60,131 nucleotides of DNA from Patescibacteria group bacterium (GTDB taxonomy: Bacteria > Patescibacteriota > Minisyncoccia > Phycocordibacterales > CSBR16-119), in NCBI GenBank assembly GCA_030917865.1, contig JAUPTX010000003.1:1-60131 (forward strand), in the 5' to 3' direction. The stretch's first letter is position 1; each line of letters starts with the position of its first letter. Of the stretch, positions 9,635 through 18,514 are shown piece by piece. A program made the position numbers and the translations under genes. The notes beneath the pieces were generated by a model. It had not been told where the DNA came from. It ran no database searches and saw only the letters and a program-made list of their open reading frames with translations.

Positions 9635-10360
9635 ATGATAGAGAAAGTAAGCGAAAAGGTAATTTATAAAAAAGACAATGCACCAAAAATAAAACATTGG
9701 ACAGAAGAAGAGATTTCGCCTCTTATTGGAAACATGATTATTTTAAAAGAAACTAATAATTTAAAAGAAAACCCTGAAGATTACAAAAGAAGAGCAATTG
9801 AAACATTTAAAGAAATACACAATCTAATATTAGACAACGGAGGAATGCCGTATCTAGATGTATCTGAAATATATAATAAATACAGCACTACTAATCCCTT
9901 AATAGTAAGACGTGAAGATCCAGCAAGATTAAGCAGGTTAATAAATGGAGAGGAATTGAAAATATACTTTGATCCAAATGTTGCATACCAAGACGGTGAA
10001 AAATATGCAAACTCAGCTCTTTGGCCCTATGGTCCAGAAGAAAAAACAAACGGTATTGCAAATGCTTTTTTAGAAGGAAGAGGTAATGCTGGACCAATAG
10101 TAATGCTCGGCGGATACAGCACTGAAGGTAAAAATATAAGCATAGTTGAACCTGAAAAAAGAGAAGAGGTTGTAGGAACATTAAATAGACATAGCGTGCG
10201 GATTCTTTCAGGAGAAATAAGCCCGGAAGATTTAGAGTTTGTAATAATAAGAACAGCTGCCAATTTTTTTGATAAATCGCAAATGACAGAAAAAGAATTA
10301 AGTAGATTTCAAAAAGGAGAACAAAAACAAATATTTAGAGGATATTATTTTAAAAAATAA
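9635..10360 (+). CDS. Hypothetical protein (orphan)
   Basis: 241 aa ORF with ATG start, AT-rich; no recognised motif. Confidence 0.6.
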   Translation: MIEKVSEKVIYKKDNAPKIKHWTEEEISPLIGNMIILKETNNLKENPEDYKRRAIETFKEIHNLILDNGGMPYLDVSEIYNKYSTTNPLIVRREDPARLSRLINGEELKIYFDPNVAYQDGEKYANSALWPYGPEEKTNGIANAFLEGRGNAGPIVMLGGYSTEGKNISIVEPEKREEVVGTLNRHSVRILSGEISPEDLEFVIIRTAANFFDKSQMTEKELSRFQKGEQKQIFRGYYFKK

Positions 10361-10389
10361 GAGGTGGACACAATATAGTATCCACCTCT

Positions 10390-10683
10390 TCAAGTCTGTC
10401 TTTTTCCGTCGCAAGCAACACAGGCCAACGCCGCAGGAACAAGGATGAGCCTCTGCCTTGGTATATCGCAACCACAAACCACGCAAACACCGTAGCTACC
10501 AGCATTCATCCTATCTAGAGCTTGTTGGAGATAGCCAGTTACAACGGTTATCTTATAACGCTGATAGGGCGAAAGGTCGCCAATAGAGTCTAGCTGATCC
10601 TTAACTGTATTAACATTGTTATACCTATTAATCCTTTCCAGAATCCGCAAGCGCTGTTGTGCTTCAAACGAGCTTTTGTCCAT
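10390..10683 (-). CDS. TraR/DksA-type C4 zinc-finger protein
   Basis: ALDRMNAGSYGVCVVCGCDIPRQRLILVPAALACVAC. Confidence 0.85.
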   Translation of the reverse strand: MDKSSFEAQQRLRILERINRYNNVNTVKDQLDSIGDLSPYQRYKITVVTGYLQQALDRMNAGSYGVCVVCGCDIPRQRLILVPAALACVACDGKRQT

Positions 10684-10762
10684 TGTTAGGATTTTCTACA
10701 GATTAACATAAAAAATTAAAAATGTCAAACAAAAAACACCTTCCGGTGTTTTTTGTGTTTTG

Positions 10763-10835
10763 TGGGCGATAAGGGACTTGAACCCCTGACCTTTCCAGTG
10801 TAAATGGATTGCTCTACCAACTGAGCTAATCGCCC
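10763..10835 (-). tRNA. tRNA-Val(TAC)
   Basis: Cloverleaf; loop TT-TAC-AC. Confidence 0.93.
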
Positions 10836-10881
10836 TTTTAACTTTTACAATATACACTATTTGAGGAAAACCTCAAACTTG

Positions 10882-10953
10882 TCCCCTCGGCAGGAATCGA
10901 ACCTACATCGAGACCTTAGAAGAGTCCTGTTCTATCCATTGAACTACGAGGGG
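10882..10953 (-). tRNA. tRNA-Arg(TCT)
   Basis: Cloverleaf; GGACT-CTTCTAA-GGTCT. Confidence 0.93.
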
Positions 10954-10996
10954 TCGAGTGATTGAAATATAACACAAATAAAAGAAATATCAAGCT

Positions 10997-11353
10997 TTAT
11001 TCCTCCGGAACAAGTGTCTTTTCTTTATCTACTTCGTAATTAAAGTTTTTTATAATTTCATAGATTTTATCTATATCATCTATTGGTTCACCATTTTTAT
11101 CAAAGAAAGCATAACTTCCGTTTGTTAAATATTCTTGAACAAACCTATGGCCATACCCTTTTTGAAGTAGCGCGTAAGCCAAGTGAGTCTCTGTCATCAA
11201 AGATTGATCCATTGAATCTGAAATATAATGCATTATTTCTCCTTGCGATGCCAGGCGCTCTTTTGTCCCTGAACCAATTCTCGCGCGAAGTCTTTCAGAA
11301 ATACTCTGTTCCCCAACATCTTTACTATTTTTTATATTAGGTAATTTTTCCAT
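10997..11353 (-). CDS. Hypothetical protein
   Basis: 118 aa ORF directly downstream of the pilM-like gene. Confidence 0.55.
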   Translation of the reverse strand: MEKLPNIKNSKDVGEQSISERLRARIGSGTKERLASQGEIMHYISDSMDQSLMTETHLAYALLQKGYGHRFVQEYLTNGSYAFFDKNGEPIDDIDKIYEIIKNFNYEVDKEKTLVPEE

Positions 11354-11355
11354 AT

Positions 11356-12225
11356 TTAAATTATTGCCGCACCAATAGCTATAGCAAAAGAAAAAGATTC
11401 GTCTTTTGTCACAACAGGTAATTGATTTTTTGTATTTAAAAGATTAATAAAAACATCTGCTTGCTTGATCGGGAAACCAGAAAATCTTTTTAGTGTATTT
11501 AAAAAATATATATCAGCAGCAAACGAACCAGAGAGCAAAAAAGAATTTATATTTTCTTCGTTTTGATTAAAATATTCCACATGAATCTTTTTTATTTCTA
11601 AATATACGTTGTCTTTATTTGCATTAATGTGAAAATCTTTATATTGATTAAATAGATTATATATAGAAACATCGAGGTCGAAGTTTTCGTAGTTAATAAT
11701 CATGGTACTTTTTAGCTGACCCTTGGGTATACATGAATTTTGCAGAGCATCAGACCTTTTAATAACTTTTTTAACAACAAGGCCTGTATTCTCAAAAACG
11801 CTTTTGAAAAATGAAATATTTAGATTATCTGTTACAAAAATATCATAGAAATCAAAATTATTTTCTGTAAATCTTTTATTAAAATAAAATATGTCGTTTT
11901 TAACAGACACAGGATCAGATTCTTTTAGTTTAATTATTAGCTCTTCTTTAATAAAATTTTTAGGAGTTTCTTTTTTAATAGAAACTAAATAGTGTTTTAC
12001 AATATCTGATTGTATAGAAATATTGGCTTTTTTACATTTTGTTTTTCTTAGAATATTTAATATTGCAGACATAAGAGCGTTTCTGGGTTCAACTCTTGGT
12101 ATTTTTTCAGTACCAGCTTCTAAAATTCTAGAACCTTTGTATGAATTTAAAACAAGAGCATATCTTACATACTCCTCTGTTATATCTAGTCCTAAGATTT
12201 TTTCTCTTTTTAAAAAAGAAATCAT
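11356..12225 (-). CDS. PilM-like (actin-fold) type IV pilus assembly protein, divergent
   Basis: N-terminal ILGLDI..YVRYA, late LLSGS, C-terminal FAIAIGAA pattern of PilM/FtsA-like proteins. Confidence 0.6.
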   Translation of the reverse strand: MISFLKREKILGLDITEEYVRYALVLNSYKGSRILEAGTEKIPRVEPRNALMSAILNILRKTKCKKANISIQSDIVKHYLVSIKKETPKNFIKEELIIKLKESDPVSVKNDIFYFNKRFTENNFDFYDIFVTDNLNISFFKSVFENTGLVVKKVIKRSDALQNSCIPKGQLKSTMIINYENFDLDVSIYNLFNQYKDFHINANKDNVYLEIKKIHVEYFNQNEENINSFLLSGSFAADIYFLNTLKRFSGFPIKQADVFINLLNTKNQLPVVTKDESFSFAIAIGAAII

Positions 12226-12262
12226 TAAATAAATTATATAACAATTTCTGTTTTATTAGTGT

Positions 12263-12865
12263 TTAAAACTTAAATATAAAGAAACCTATTAGAGCCATTA
12301 GTGCAACAATTAAAATAGAAGCAGTATTTAGATATTTATAAAAAACACGAGCAAGATGAGTGCCGAAAACTTTCATCAAAAAGCCAACTGAGAAAAATCT
12401 TAACGATCTACCGATAATATAAGCGATTATGAAGGTTGGAATGTTTAACTTAAAAAGACCAGAAGCCAAGTTAAAAACCTTGTCAGGTAGCGGTGTAAAA
12501 GATGAAACGAAAACAGCCCAAAAAGCATGATCGTTAAAGATCCCCGAAACTTTATCAAACTCCGCCTGCATATCATAGAAGTCGATTATCTTTTGACCCA
12601 ACGTATCAAAAAACAAAAACCCAATCATGTAGCTGGTAATACCACCCAAAACAGAAAATACAGATGTCAGAAAAGAATAGTATGCCCATCTTTTGGCGTT
12701 ATTAGATGCTAAAATCGCCATCAAGAAAAAGTCTGGCGGTATCGGGAAAAATATTGCTTCTAAATATGAAATTACAGAAAGCAAAACGACGGACTTCTTA
12801 GAATCTCCGTTTTTTACAAACCATTCTTTTAAATTTTCTTTTTTGAAAAAGTGTAAAAATTTCAT
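12263..12865 (-). CDS. YqaA/DedA (VTT domain) membrane protein
   Basis: SYLEAIFFPIPPD, FTPLPDKVF, GRSLRFF. Confidence 0.9.
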   Translation of the reverse strand: MKFLHFFKKENLKEWFVKNGDSKKSVVLLSVISYLEAIFFPIPPDFFLMAILASNNAKRWAYYSFLTSVFSVLGGITSYMIGFLFFDTLGQKIIDFYDMQAEFDKVSGIFNDHAFWAVFVSSFTPLPDKVFNLASGLFKLNIPTFIIAYIIGRSLRFFSVGFLMKVFGTHLARVFYKYLNTASILIVALMALIGFFIFKF

Positions 12866-12871
12866 CTTAAA

Positions 12872-13237
12872 TTATCTCGCCTTACTTCCGTTCGGCACAT
12901 CTTCTTCTGGAATCAAAAAGATTGGCTGATTTTCAACTCCATCCACCGCCACCACCATCCCCTCACTCACATGCCCGCGGATAGCTCTTGGTTCTAAATT
13001 TGAAACAAAAACTAATTTTTTATTTAAGAAAAATTCTGGATCAGAATAATATTCACGAATCGCAGAAAGTATTTGTCTTGGCTTTTCTTCGCCCATCTCC
13101 ACCATAAATTTATATAGCTTGTCTGCACCTTCAACTATCTCTACTGAGATTATTTGTCCGACTCTCATTTCCACCTTTTTAAAATCTTCGTAAGAGATCG
13201 TATTTTTTTCTTCTGTTTTTGTTGTTTCGTTTTCCAT
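12872..13237 (-). CDS. Stand-alone tRNA-binding OB-fold protein (MetRS C-terminal/EMAP/CsaA type)
   Basis: ISYEDFKKVEMRVGQI, GADKL, NLEPRAIRGHVSEGM. Confidence 0.9.
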   Translation of the reverse strand: MENETTKTEEKNTISYEDFKKVEMRVGQIISVEIVEGADKLYKFMVEMGEEKPRQILSAIREYYSDPEFFLNKKLVFVSNLEPRAIRGHVSEGMVVAVDGVENQPIFLIPEEDVPNGSKAR

Positions 13238-13238
13238 A

Positions 13239-13646
13239 TTATTTTTTAAATTTTTGCTTATCTAAATATCTTTGAAGTATTAAAGCCGCAGCAGAATGGT
13301 CTTTTTTAGGTAATATTTCTTTTTTTGTTTGTCTTGCTACTGGCTTTGTTTTTGTAAAAATATCTGTGTGTAGCGATGTCATAAACTCTTTTTCAAGAAA
13401 CACCGAAAGTCCGAATTCTTTTAACCTTTCCACAAAAACATTTACTTCTTTTTTGATCTCGTTTTCTCCTGGGTCGCCCACGACAACAGTCTGTATTTTT
13501 TCTTTTTTAACCAACTCAGAAATCTTTGCAAAAACTTCTTGGTTGTTTTCTAAAACATCCAAAGGAAAAGCAAAGCTTGCGTTTTCGTCAGAAATAGCAA
13601 CGCCGATCCTCTTTTTTCCATAATCTATGCCTAAAATTTTTTGCAT
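13239..13646 (-). CDS. ruvX: Holliday junction resolvase-like / pre-16S rRNA nuclease RuvX (YqgF)
   Basis: ILGIDYGKKRIGVAISD; DHSAAALILQRYLD; ATG at 13646. Confidence 0.92.
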   Translation of the reverse strand: MQKILGIDYGKKRIGVAISDENASFAFPLDVLENNQEVFAKISELVKKEKIQTVVVGDPGENEIKKEVNVFVERLKEFGLSVFLEKEFMTSLHTDIFTKTKPVARQTKKEILPKKDHSAAALILQRYLDKQKFKK

Positions 13647-13708
13647 ATTTATACAATACCACAACTTGCCATCTTTATTAAAAATTCTTTTATTGGTAAA
13701 ATATATCC

Positions 13709-13939
13709 ATGTTTGAAATTAGTCAATTAGGAAATATGGGTTTTGGAACACCATTTTTTGCTGTTTTAATGGCATGGGTGTTTATTTGGAAAGGTCTTGC
13801 TCTTTGGAAAGCAGCAAGAAATGGATCAAAGGTTTGGTTCATAATTTTATTATTAATAAACACAATAGGGATTTTAGAGATAATCTACCTATTCGCGGTC
13901 AAACCAAGATGGGGACTTAATCTAAAAGCTAAAGAGTAA
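13709..13939 (+). CDS. DUF5652-type small membrane protein
   Basis: WKGLALWKAARN..WFIILLLINTIGILEIIYLF. Confidence 0.8.
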   Translation: MFEISQLGNMGFGTPFFAVLMAWVFIWKGLALWKAARNGSKVWFIILLLINTIGILEIIYLFAVKPRWGLNLKAKE

Positions 13940-14160
13940 TAAAAGGGGCGCCGTAGGCGCCCCTTTTATATCCCTTGAATTTATACTAAAGGCGTGATAG
14001 TATTTCGATATTGTAATTTTGTTAAATTAACAAAAGACAATACGAAGTTTATTGGAGGCGTGGCTGAGATGGGCAAGACAGAAACTGCTTTCTGTCGAGC
14101 CGGCACGAAGTGCCGACCACGAAGACACGCTTTCCGAAGGACGACAATATAAAATTTATT

Positions 14161-14247
14161 GGAGGCGTGGCTGAGTGGTTGAAGGCACCTGTCTTGAAAA
14201 CAGGAGACCGTTAACGCGGTCCGTGAGTTCGAATCTCACCGCCTCCG
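14161..14247 (+). tRNA. tRNA-Ser(TGA)
   Basis: Cloverleaf with long variable arm; CCTGT-CTTGAAA-ACAGG. Confidence 0.95.
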
Positions 14248-14365
14248 CATAAAATAAATGAACCCGACACAACAGTGTTGGGTGATTTTATTTTATGCTA
14301 TTTTTAATTAACTTATTCCCACAACCAAAAGTGTTTTTTGTTTTTTATCTGTTAAAATTGAATCA

Positions 14366-14833
14366 ATGGAAAATAATATTCTTTTAGAATGGGAAGCTTA
14401 TGAATTCCCAGAAAAACAAAGAAAGCCAGATTGGTTTTGGGCTATTGGTATAATCGGTGTTGCCGGCAGTACTGCAACTTTCATATTTGGTAATTTCCTT
14501 TTCGGTATTTTCATAATCCTGGCGTCTGTTGCGATGATGTATTTTGGCTCAACAAAACCAAAGAAAATAAAATACTCGATCCTACAAAAAGGCATAATTC
14601 ACGAAAACAGATTTTATCCATACGAAAGATTAAAAAGTTTTTGGTTAATAGACGACGGGATAGAAAAGAAACTTTTGATAAGATCGGATAAAACTTTTAA
14701 CCCTATAATGTCTCTACCTTTCGAAGAAGATGAAATAGGAGACCAAATCTACGACACACTAATACAAATAATACCAAATGAAGAAATCCAAGAATCTTTT
14801 GCAAATAAAATAATGAATAGGTTAGATTTCTAA
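14366..14833 (+). CDS. Conserved CPR-type hypothetical membrane protein (2 TM plus soluble C-terminal domain)
   Basis: LEWEAYEF...R.PDWFW followed by two TM segments and YPYERLKSFW. Confidence 0.65.
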   Translation: MENNILLEWEAYEFPEKQRKPDWFWAIGIIGVAGSTATFIFGNFLFGIFIILASVAMMYFGSTKPKKIKYSILQKGIIHENRFYPYERLKSFWLIDDGIEKKLLIRSDKTFNPIMSLPFEEDEIGDQIYDTLIQIIPNEEIQESFANKIMNRLDF

Positions 14834-14839
14834 ATAAAC

Positions 14840-14872
14840 AAAAGAGCGGGGCGCGAAGCGCCCCGCTCTTTT
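14840..14872. terminator. REP-like bidirectional hairpin
   Basis: aaaagagcggggcgc-gaa-gcgccccgctctttt between convergent units. Confidence 0.78.
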
Positions 14873-14879
14873 AATCTTG

Positions 14880-14951
14880 TGCTCCCGGTAGGAATCGAAC
14901 CTACATTTTAACTTCCGCAAAGTCATGTCCTATCCATTGAACGACGGGAGC
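14880..14951 (-). tRNA. tRNA-Arg(GCG)
   Basis: Cloverleaf; TGACT-TTGCGGA-AGTTA; Arg-type D loop CAATGGATA. Confidence 0.92.
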
Positions 14952-15011
14952 CCGAAGTGATAATACAATATAAAACCAGAAAAAACAAAACCCCTTTCGG
15001 GGCTTGTTTTA

Positions 15012-15266
15012 TTACTTAGTCATCTTTGAAAGACCTGATTTCTTTCTAGAGGCTGTATTTGTTTGAATCACTCCTCTTTTGTTTGCCTTGTCTATAGCTT
15101 TGTAAGCTTTTGGAAGAAGTTTTTTAGCTTCATCTTTCTTGCCCGCCTTAACAAGTTTTGTGATTTCTTTTACAGACTCTTTTAGAGCCTTTCTTCTTCG
15201 GTCATTCACAATTCTTTTTCTGTGTGAAACTCGAAGTGATTTTTTTGCTGATGCTGATATTGGCAT
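15012..15266 (-). CDS. rpsT: 30S ribosomal protein S20
   Basis: SAKKSLRVS...AYKAIDKA..RGVI..NTASRKKS. Confidence 0.96.
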   Translation of the reverse strand: MPISASAKKSLRVSHRKRIVNDRRRKALKESVKEITKLVKAGKKDEAKKLLPKAYKAIDKANKRGVIQTNTASRKKSGLSKMTK

Positions 15267-15451
15267 AATTTTATATAAAGTTTGTATTTACTAAATTTGC
15301 GACACGTAAATAACGAACGACCAAATAATACCAGGATTTTAGATAAAATGCAATAGCGTGATTTCGTTATTCCAAAATGCTAAAATATAAAAAGTAGGAC
15401 GCCCAAAACTCACCTTCTACTCACTATAAACTAATAACTATAAACCAAGCC

Positions 15452-16024
15452 ATGATCGCTCATATAAAAGGAAAAATTTTAGACAAAACTTCAAAATTTC
15501 TGGTTATCGAAGCTGGAGGTATTGGATATCAGGTCTTTTTAAATACAAACACTCTTTCTAATTCACCAAACATGGACGAGGAAGTTTCTCTTTGGACATA
15601 TATGGCGGTTCGAGAAAACTCAATGGATCTTTATGGATTTGAAACAATAGACGAAAAAAATTTCTTTGAGCTACTCTTAGAAGTTTCAGGGATTGGTCCA
15701 AGAAGTGCGCTTTCAATTTTATCATTAGCTCCAATAGAAATACTTAAAAAGGCCATAGGCTCTGGAGATATTTCATACCTAACAAAAGTTTCAGGGATTG
15801 GAAGAAAAACAGCAGAAAAAATTGTCGTGGAACTGCGTGACAAACTCGCATCGCTCGGACACAAAGACGAGATGGGGTCACTACAAGGCGACGCGGATGT
15901 TTTGGCCGCGCTCGAATCTTTGGGATATTCAGCACAAATAGCAAGAGGTGTTTTAAAAGAAATAGACCAAACACTAAACACAAACGATAAAATAAAAGAA
16001 GCTCTAAAAATATTAGGAAGATAA
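15452..16024 (+). CDS. ruvA: Holliday junction branch migration protein RuvA
   Basis: MIAHIKG, GGIGY, LYGF, VSGIGPRSAL, GIGRKTAEKIVVEL. Confidence 0.97.
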   Translation: MIAHIKGKILDKTSKFLVIEAGGIGYQVFLNTNTLSNSPNMDEEVSLWTYMAVRENSMDLYGFETIDEKNFFELLLEVSGIGPRSALSILSLAPIEILKKAIGSGDISYLTKVSGIGRKTAEKIVVELRDKLASLGHKDEMGSLQGDADVLAALESLGYSAQIARGVLKEIDQTLNTNDKIKEALKILGR

Positions 16025-16032
16025 ATAAACCC

Positions 16033-16968
16033 ATGCCAGAATTACCAGAAGTACAAACAACCGTTGACGGACTTAACAAAACAGTAAAAGGTTTTGTTAT
16101 AGGAAGCGTTTGGAGCGACCTTCCAAAAAAAGGTCATATCAGAAAAGACGAGATTAAGAATCTAGAGTTTTGGAAATTTTTCCAAAAAAATGTTATCGGA
16201 ACAAAAATTCTAGAAGCAAAACGTCACGGAAAAAATATTTTTATAAACCTTTCAAATGGTTTTACTATTCTAATACACATGAAAATGACCGGACACCTTC
16301 TTTTTGGTAAATGGCGCGTTGGCAAAAAAGAAGATGGCGAAGCTCATCACAACTGGACATGGTGGCCAGAAAACCAAAAATCTCTCCAAGATCCATACAA
16401 CAGATTTATTCACTTTAAAATTGATTTTAAAAACGGGAAACATTTGGCTTTTTGTGATTCTAGAAAGTTTGGAAAAGTCACTTTGATAAAAACAGACGAT
16501 AAGCAAACAAAACACGTGAAAGATTTAGGCATAGACGCACTAGACCCTAAAATGACTTTTAAAATATTTAAAGAAAAAATCGGAAGAAGACCGAGCGGTA
16601 GAATCAAAAATGTTTTAATGGATCAGACACTTATAACAGGTATCGGAAACATATATTCAGATGAAATGCTTTGGTTTGCAGGTGTTCACCCAGAAGAAAG
16701 AGTTTCTAAAATAAGAGAAGAAAAATTAAAAAAAATGTATGAAGTAATGAAGCCACTTCTTAAAAAAGGAATAGATTTTGGTGGCGACTCGATGTCGGAT
16801 TACCGAAATATTTACGGCGAAAAAGGTAAGTTCCAGAATAACCACAATGTCTATGGGAAAAAGGGAGATAAGTGTGGAAAGAAAAATTGCTCTGGTGTTA
16901 TAATTAGAAAAGTTGTAGGAGGAAGAAGTGCGCATTTTTGCGACACGCATCAAAAGATAGAAAAATAA
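16033..16968 (+). CDS. mutM: Formamidopyrimidine-DNA glycosylase
   Basis: N-terminal PELPEV, HMKMTG, GIGNIYSDE, C-terminal zinc finger. Confidence 0.97.
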   Translation: MPELPEVQTTVDGLNKTVKGFVIGSVWSDLPKKGHIRKDEIKNLEFWKFFQKNVIGTKILEAKRHGKNIFINLSNGFTILIHMKMTGHLLFGKWRVGKKEDGEAHHNWTWWPENQKSLQDPYNRFIHFKIDFKNGKHLAFCDSRKFGKVTLIKTDDKQTKHVKDLGIDALDPKMTFKIFKEKIGRRPSGRIKNVLMDQTLITGIGNIYSDEMLWFAGVHPEERVSKIREEKLKKMYEVMKPLLKKGIDFGGDSMSDYRNIYGEKGKFQNNHNVYGKKGDKCGKKNCSGVIIRKVVGGRSAHFCDTHQKIEK

Positions 16969-16969
16969 T

Positions 16970-17134
16970 ATGGTTTGGGATTTATTAAAATGGTTTTTGA
17001 TTTTATTCTTTGGACTTTTTATAGTCTGGGTTCTTTCTGGTGGACCAGAACGCGGAGGTGGAACAAAACCTTTAATACAAGGACCAACAACAATAAACAA
17101 TCCGGTTTTCACCGAAGTTGATTTTAGGAATTAA
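16970..17134 (+). CDS. Small membrane protein (54 aa), not in the ORF track
   Basis: ATG 1 nt after the mutM stop; MVWDLLKWFLILFFGLFIVWVLSGGPERGGGTKPLIQGP...; single TM. Confidence 0.65.
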   Translation: MVWDLLKWFLILFFGLFIVWVLSGGPERGGGTKPLIQGPTTINNPVFTEVDFRN

Positions 17135-17607
17135 ATTTCTAAAACCCTAAACAAAAAAATACCAGTCGCAACAGAAACATTCAAAGACTCTTTTTCTCCG
17201 AGCATTTTTATTTCTGCCACCTCGTCAGAAATATCCAAAATCCCCTTCTCTACTCCGGCCACCTCGTTACCAACAACAAAAACATTTTTCTCAGAAATTT
17301 TTATATCTTTATAGTCAACAGAATTTTCTGACTGCTCCAGTGAAATTATCTTAAATCCATTTTCTTTTAGACTTTGTAGTGTTTTTAAAATATCAGGAGA
17401 AGTTTCCCATTTCACACTTTCTTCTGCGCCGAGTGCCGACTTTGAAATATCACTTCTTTTTCGCCCAAATCGGTCGAGCGGAGCTGGTGAATATCCAGAT
17501 ATGATTATCTTGTCGATTCCACAAGCATCTGCCGTACGGAAAATAGCGCCAACGTTTTGCGCGCTTCGTATGTCGTGTAAAATCAATATGTTTTCTTTGT
17601 TTTCCAT
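17131..17607 (-). CDS. SpoU/TrmH family RNA methyltransferase
   Basis: LHDIRSAQNVGAIFRTAD, VGNEVAGV, ESLNVSVA; ATG at 17607. Confidence 0.93.
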   Translation of the reverse strand: MENKENILILHDIRSAQNVGAIFRTADACGIDKIIISGYSPAPLDRFGRKRSDISKSALGAEESVKWETSPDILKTLQSLKENGFKIISLEQSENSVDYKDIKISEKNVFVVGNEVAGVEKGILDISDEVAEIKMLGEKESLNVSVATGIFLFRVLEI

Positions 17608-17679
17608 CTCGCAAATATTACACCAATTGACCAAAATATAAAAGTTGTGTATATTCTTATAGTATTTTTAAATACAAAT

Positions 17680-17752
17680 CCTCTCGTAGCTCAGTCGGTA
17701 GAGCAGCTCCCTTTTAAGGAGACGGTCGTAGGTTCGATTCCTACCGAGAGGA
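17680..17752 (+). tRNA. tRNA-Lys(TTT)
   Basis: Cloverleaf; loop CT-TTT-AA. Confidence 0.95.
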
Positions 17753-17756
17753 CAAA

Positions 17757-17960
17757 ATTAAAAAAAACTCCAAGTTTCATGCTTGGAGTTTTTTAATTTC
17801 TTATTTCCGAAGGTGGGAATCGAACAAGAAGGGGGTCGGGGAAACATCTGTTTCCCCGTGGAGGAAAACAGCGAGCGTAGCGAGTGTCAGAAACCGTGGG
17901 TTTCTAAAGAGCGAGTTTACTTGTGAGTGAGATAGCGGAGCGTCCTACCGAGAGGACAAA
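17757..17960. mobile_element. Hairpin-rich ~190-bp insert ending in an 18-bp duplicate of the tRNA-Lys 3' end (att/MITE-like relic)
   Basis: tcctaccgagaggacaaa at 17739-17756 and 17943-17960; internal GC hairpins; no ORF. Confidence 0.5.
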
Positions 17961-18078
17961 CACAAAAAACCGCTTCGGCGGTTTTTTGTTTTTCAAACAA
18001 CACCAAGTGCCTACTTGCTAAAAAACCCCAAAACTCATAAAATCAATATATTAGCATTTTAATAACTTAAAGAATTAA

Positions 18079-18513
18079 ATGAATAAACAAACATTAATTT
18101 CAATAGGAGTAATAGTTGTGGCGGTTATTGGAGGTCTTGTTATTTTGCAATCAGCAAGCCAAAAAAACGCTGGCGTTCCAGGCCAATATGACGCTCTGGC
18201 TTCTTGTATAGCAGAATCAGGGGCAACATTTTATGGAGCTTTCTGGTGCCCACATTGTAATAACCAAAAGAAAGCATTTAAAGATTCAGTCGATCTTCTT
18301 CCTTACACAGAATGTTCTACACCAGACGGAAACGGTCAGACACAGGTTTGTATCGATGCAAACATTCAAAGCTACCCTACTTGGGCTTTCGCTGATGGAT
18401 CAAGACTTGCAGGAGAACAAGATTTGCAAACACTAGCTGCAAAAACAGGATGTGAGGCATTCTTGCCAGAAAATCAATCTACAGAAGAAGTTGTAGTGGA
18501 ACAAGAAGCGTAA
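18079..18513 (+). CDS. Membrane-anchored thioredoxin-like oxidoreductase
   Basis: FYGAFWCPHC, YTEC, second Cys, IQSYPTW (cis-Pro); N-terminal TM. Confidence 0.85.
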   Translation: MNKQTLISIGVIVVAVIGGLVILQSASQKNAGVPGQYDALASCIAESGATFYGAFWCPHCNNQKKAFKDSVDLLPYTECSTPDGNGQTQVCIDANIQSYPTWAFADGSRLAGEQDLQTLAAKTGCEAFLPENQSTEEVVVEQEA

Positions 18514-18514
18514 T

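Noticed and set aside
16726-17112. 128-aa minus-strand ORF
   Set aside because: Overlaps mutM antisense; the plus-strand 54-aa ORF explains the gap better.
17807-17825. Additional minus-strand tRNA
   Set aside because: Only a T-arm-like string; no D arm, anticodon arm or acceptor stem.
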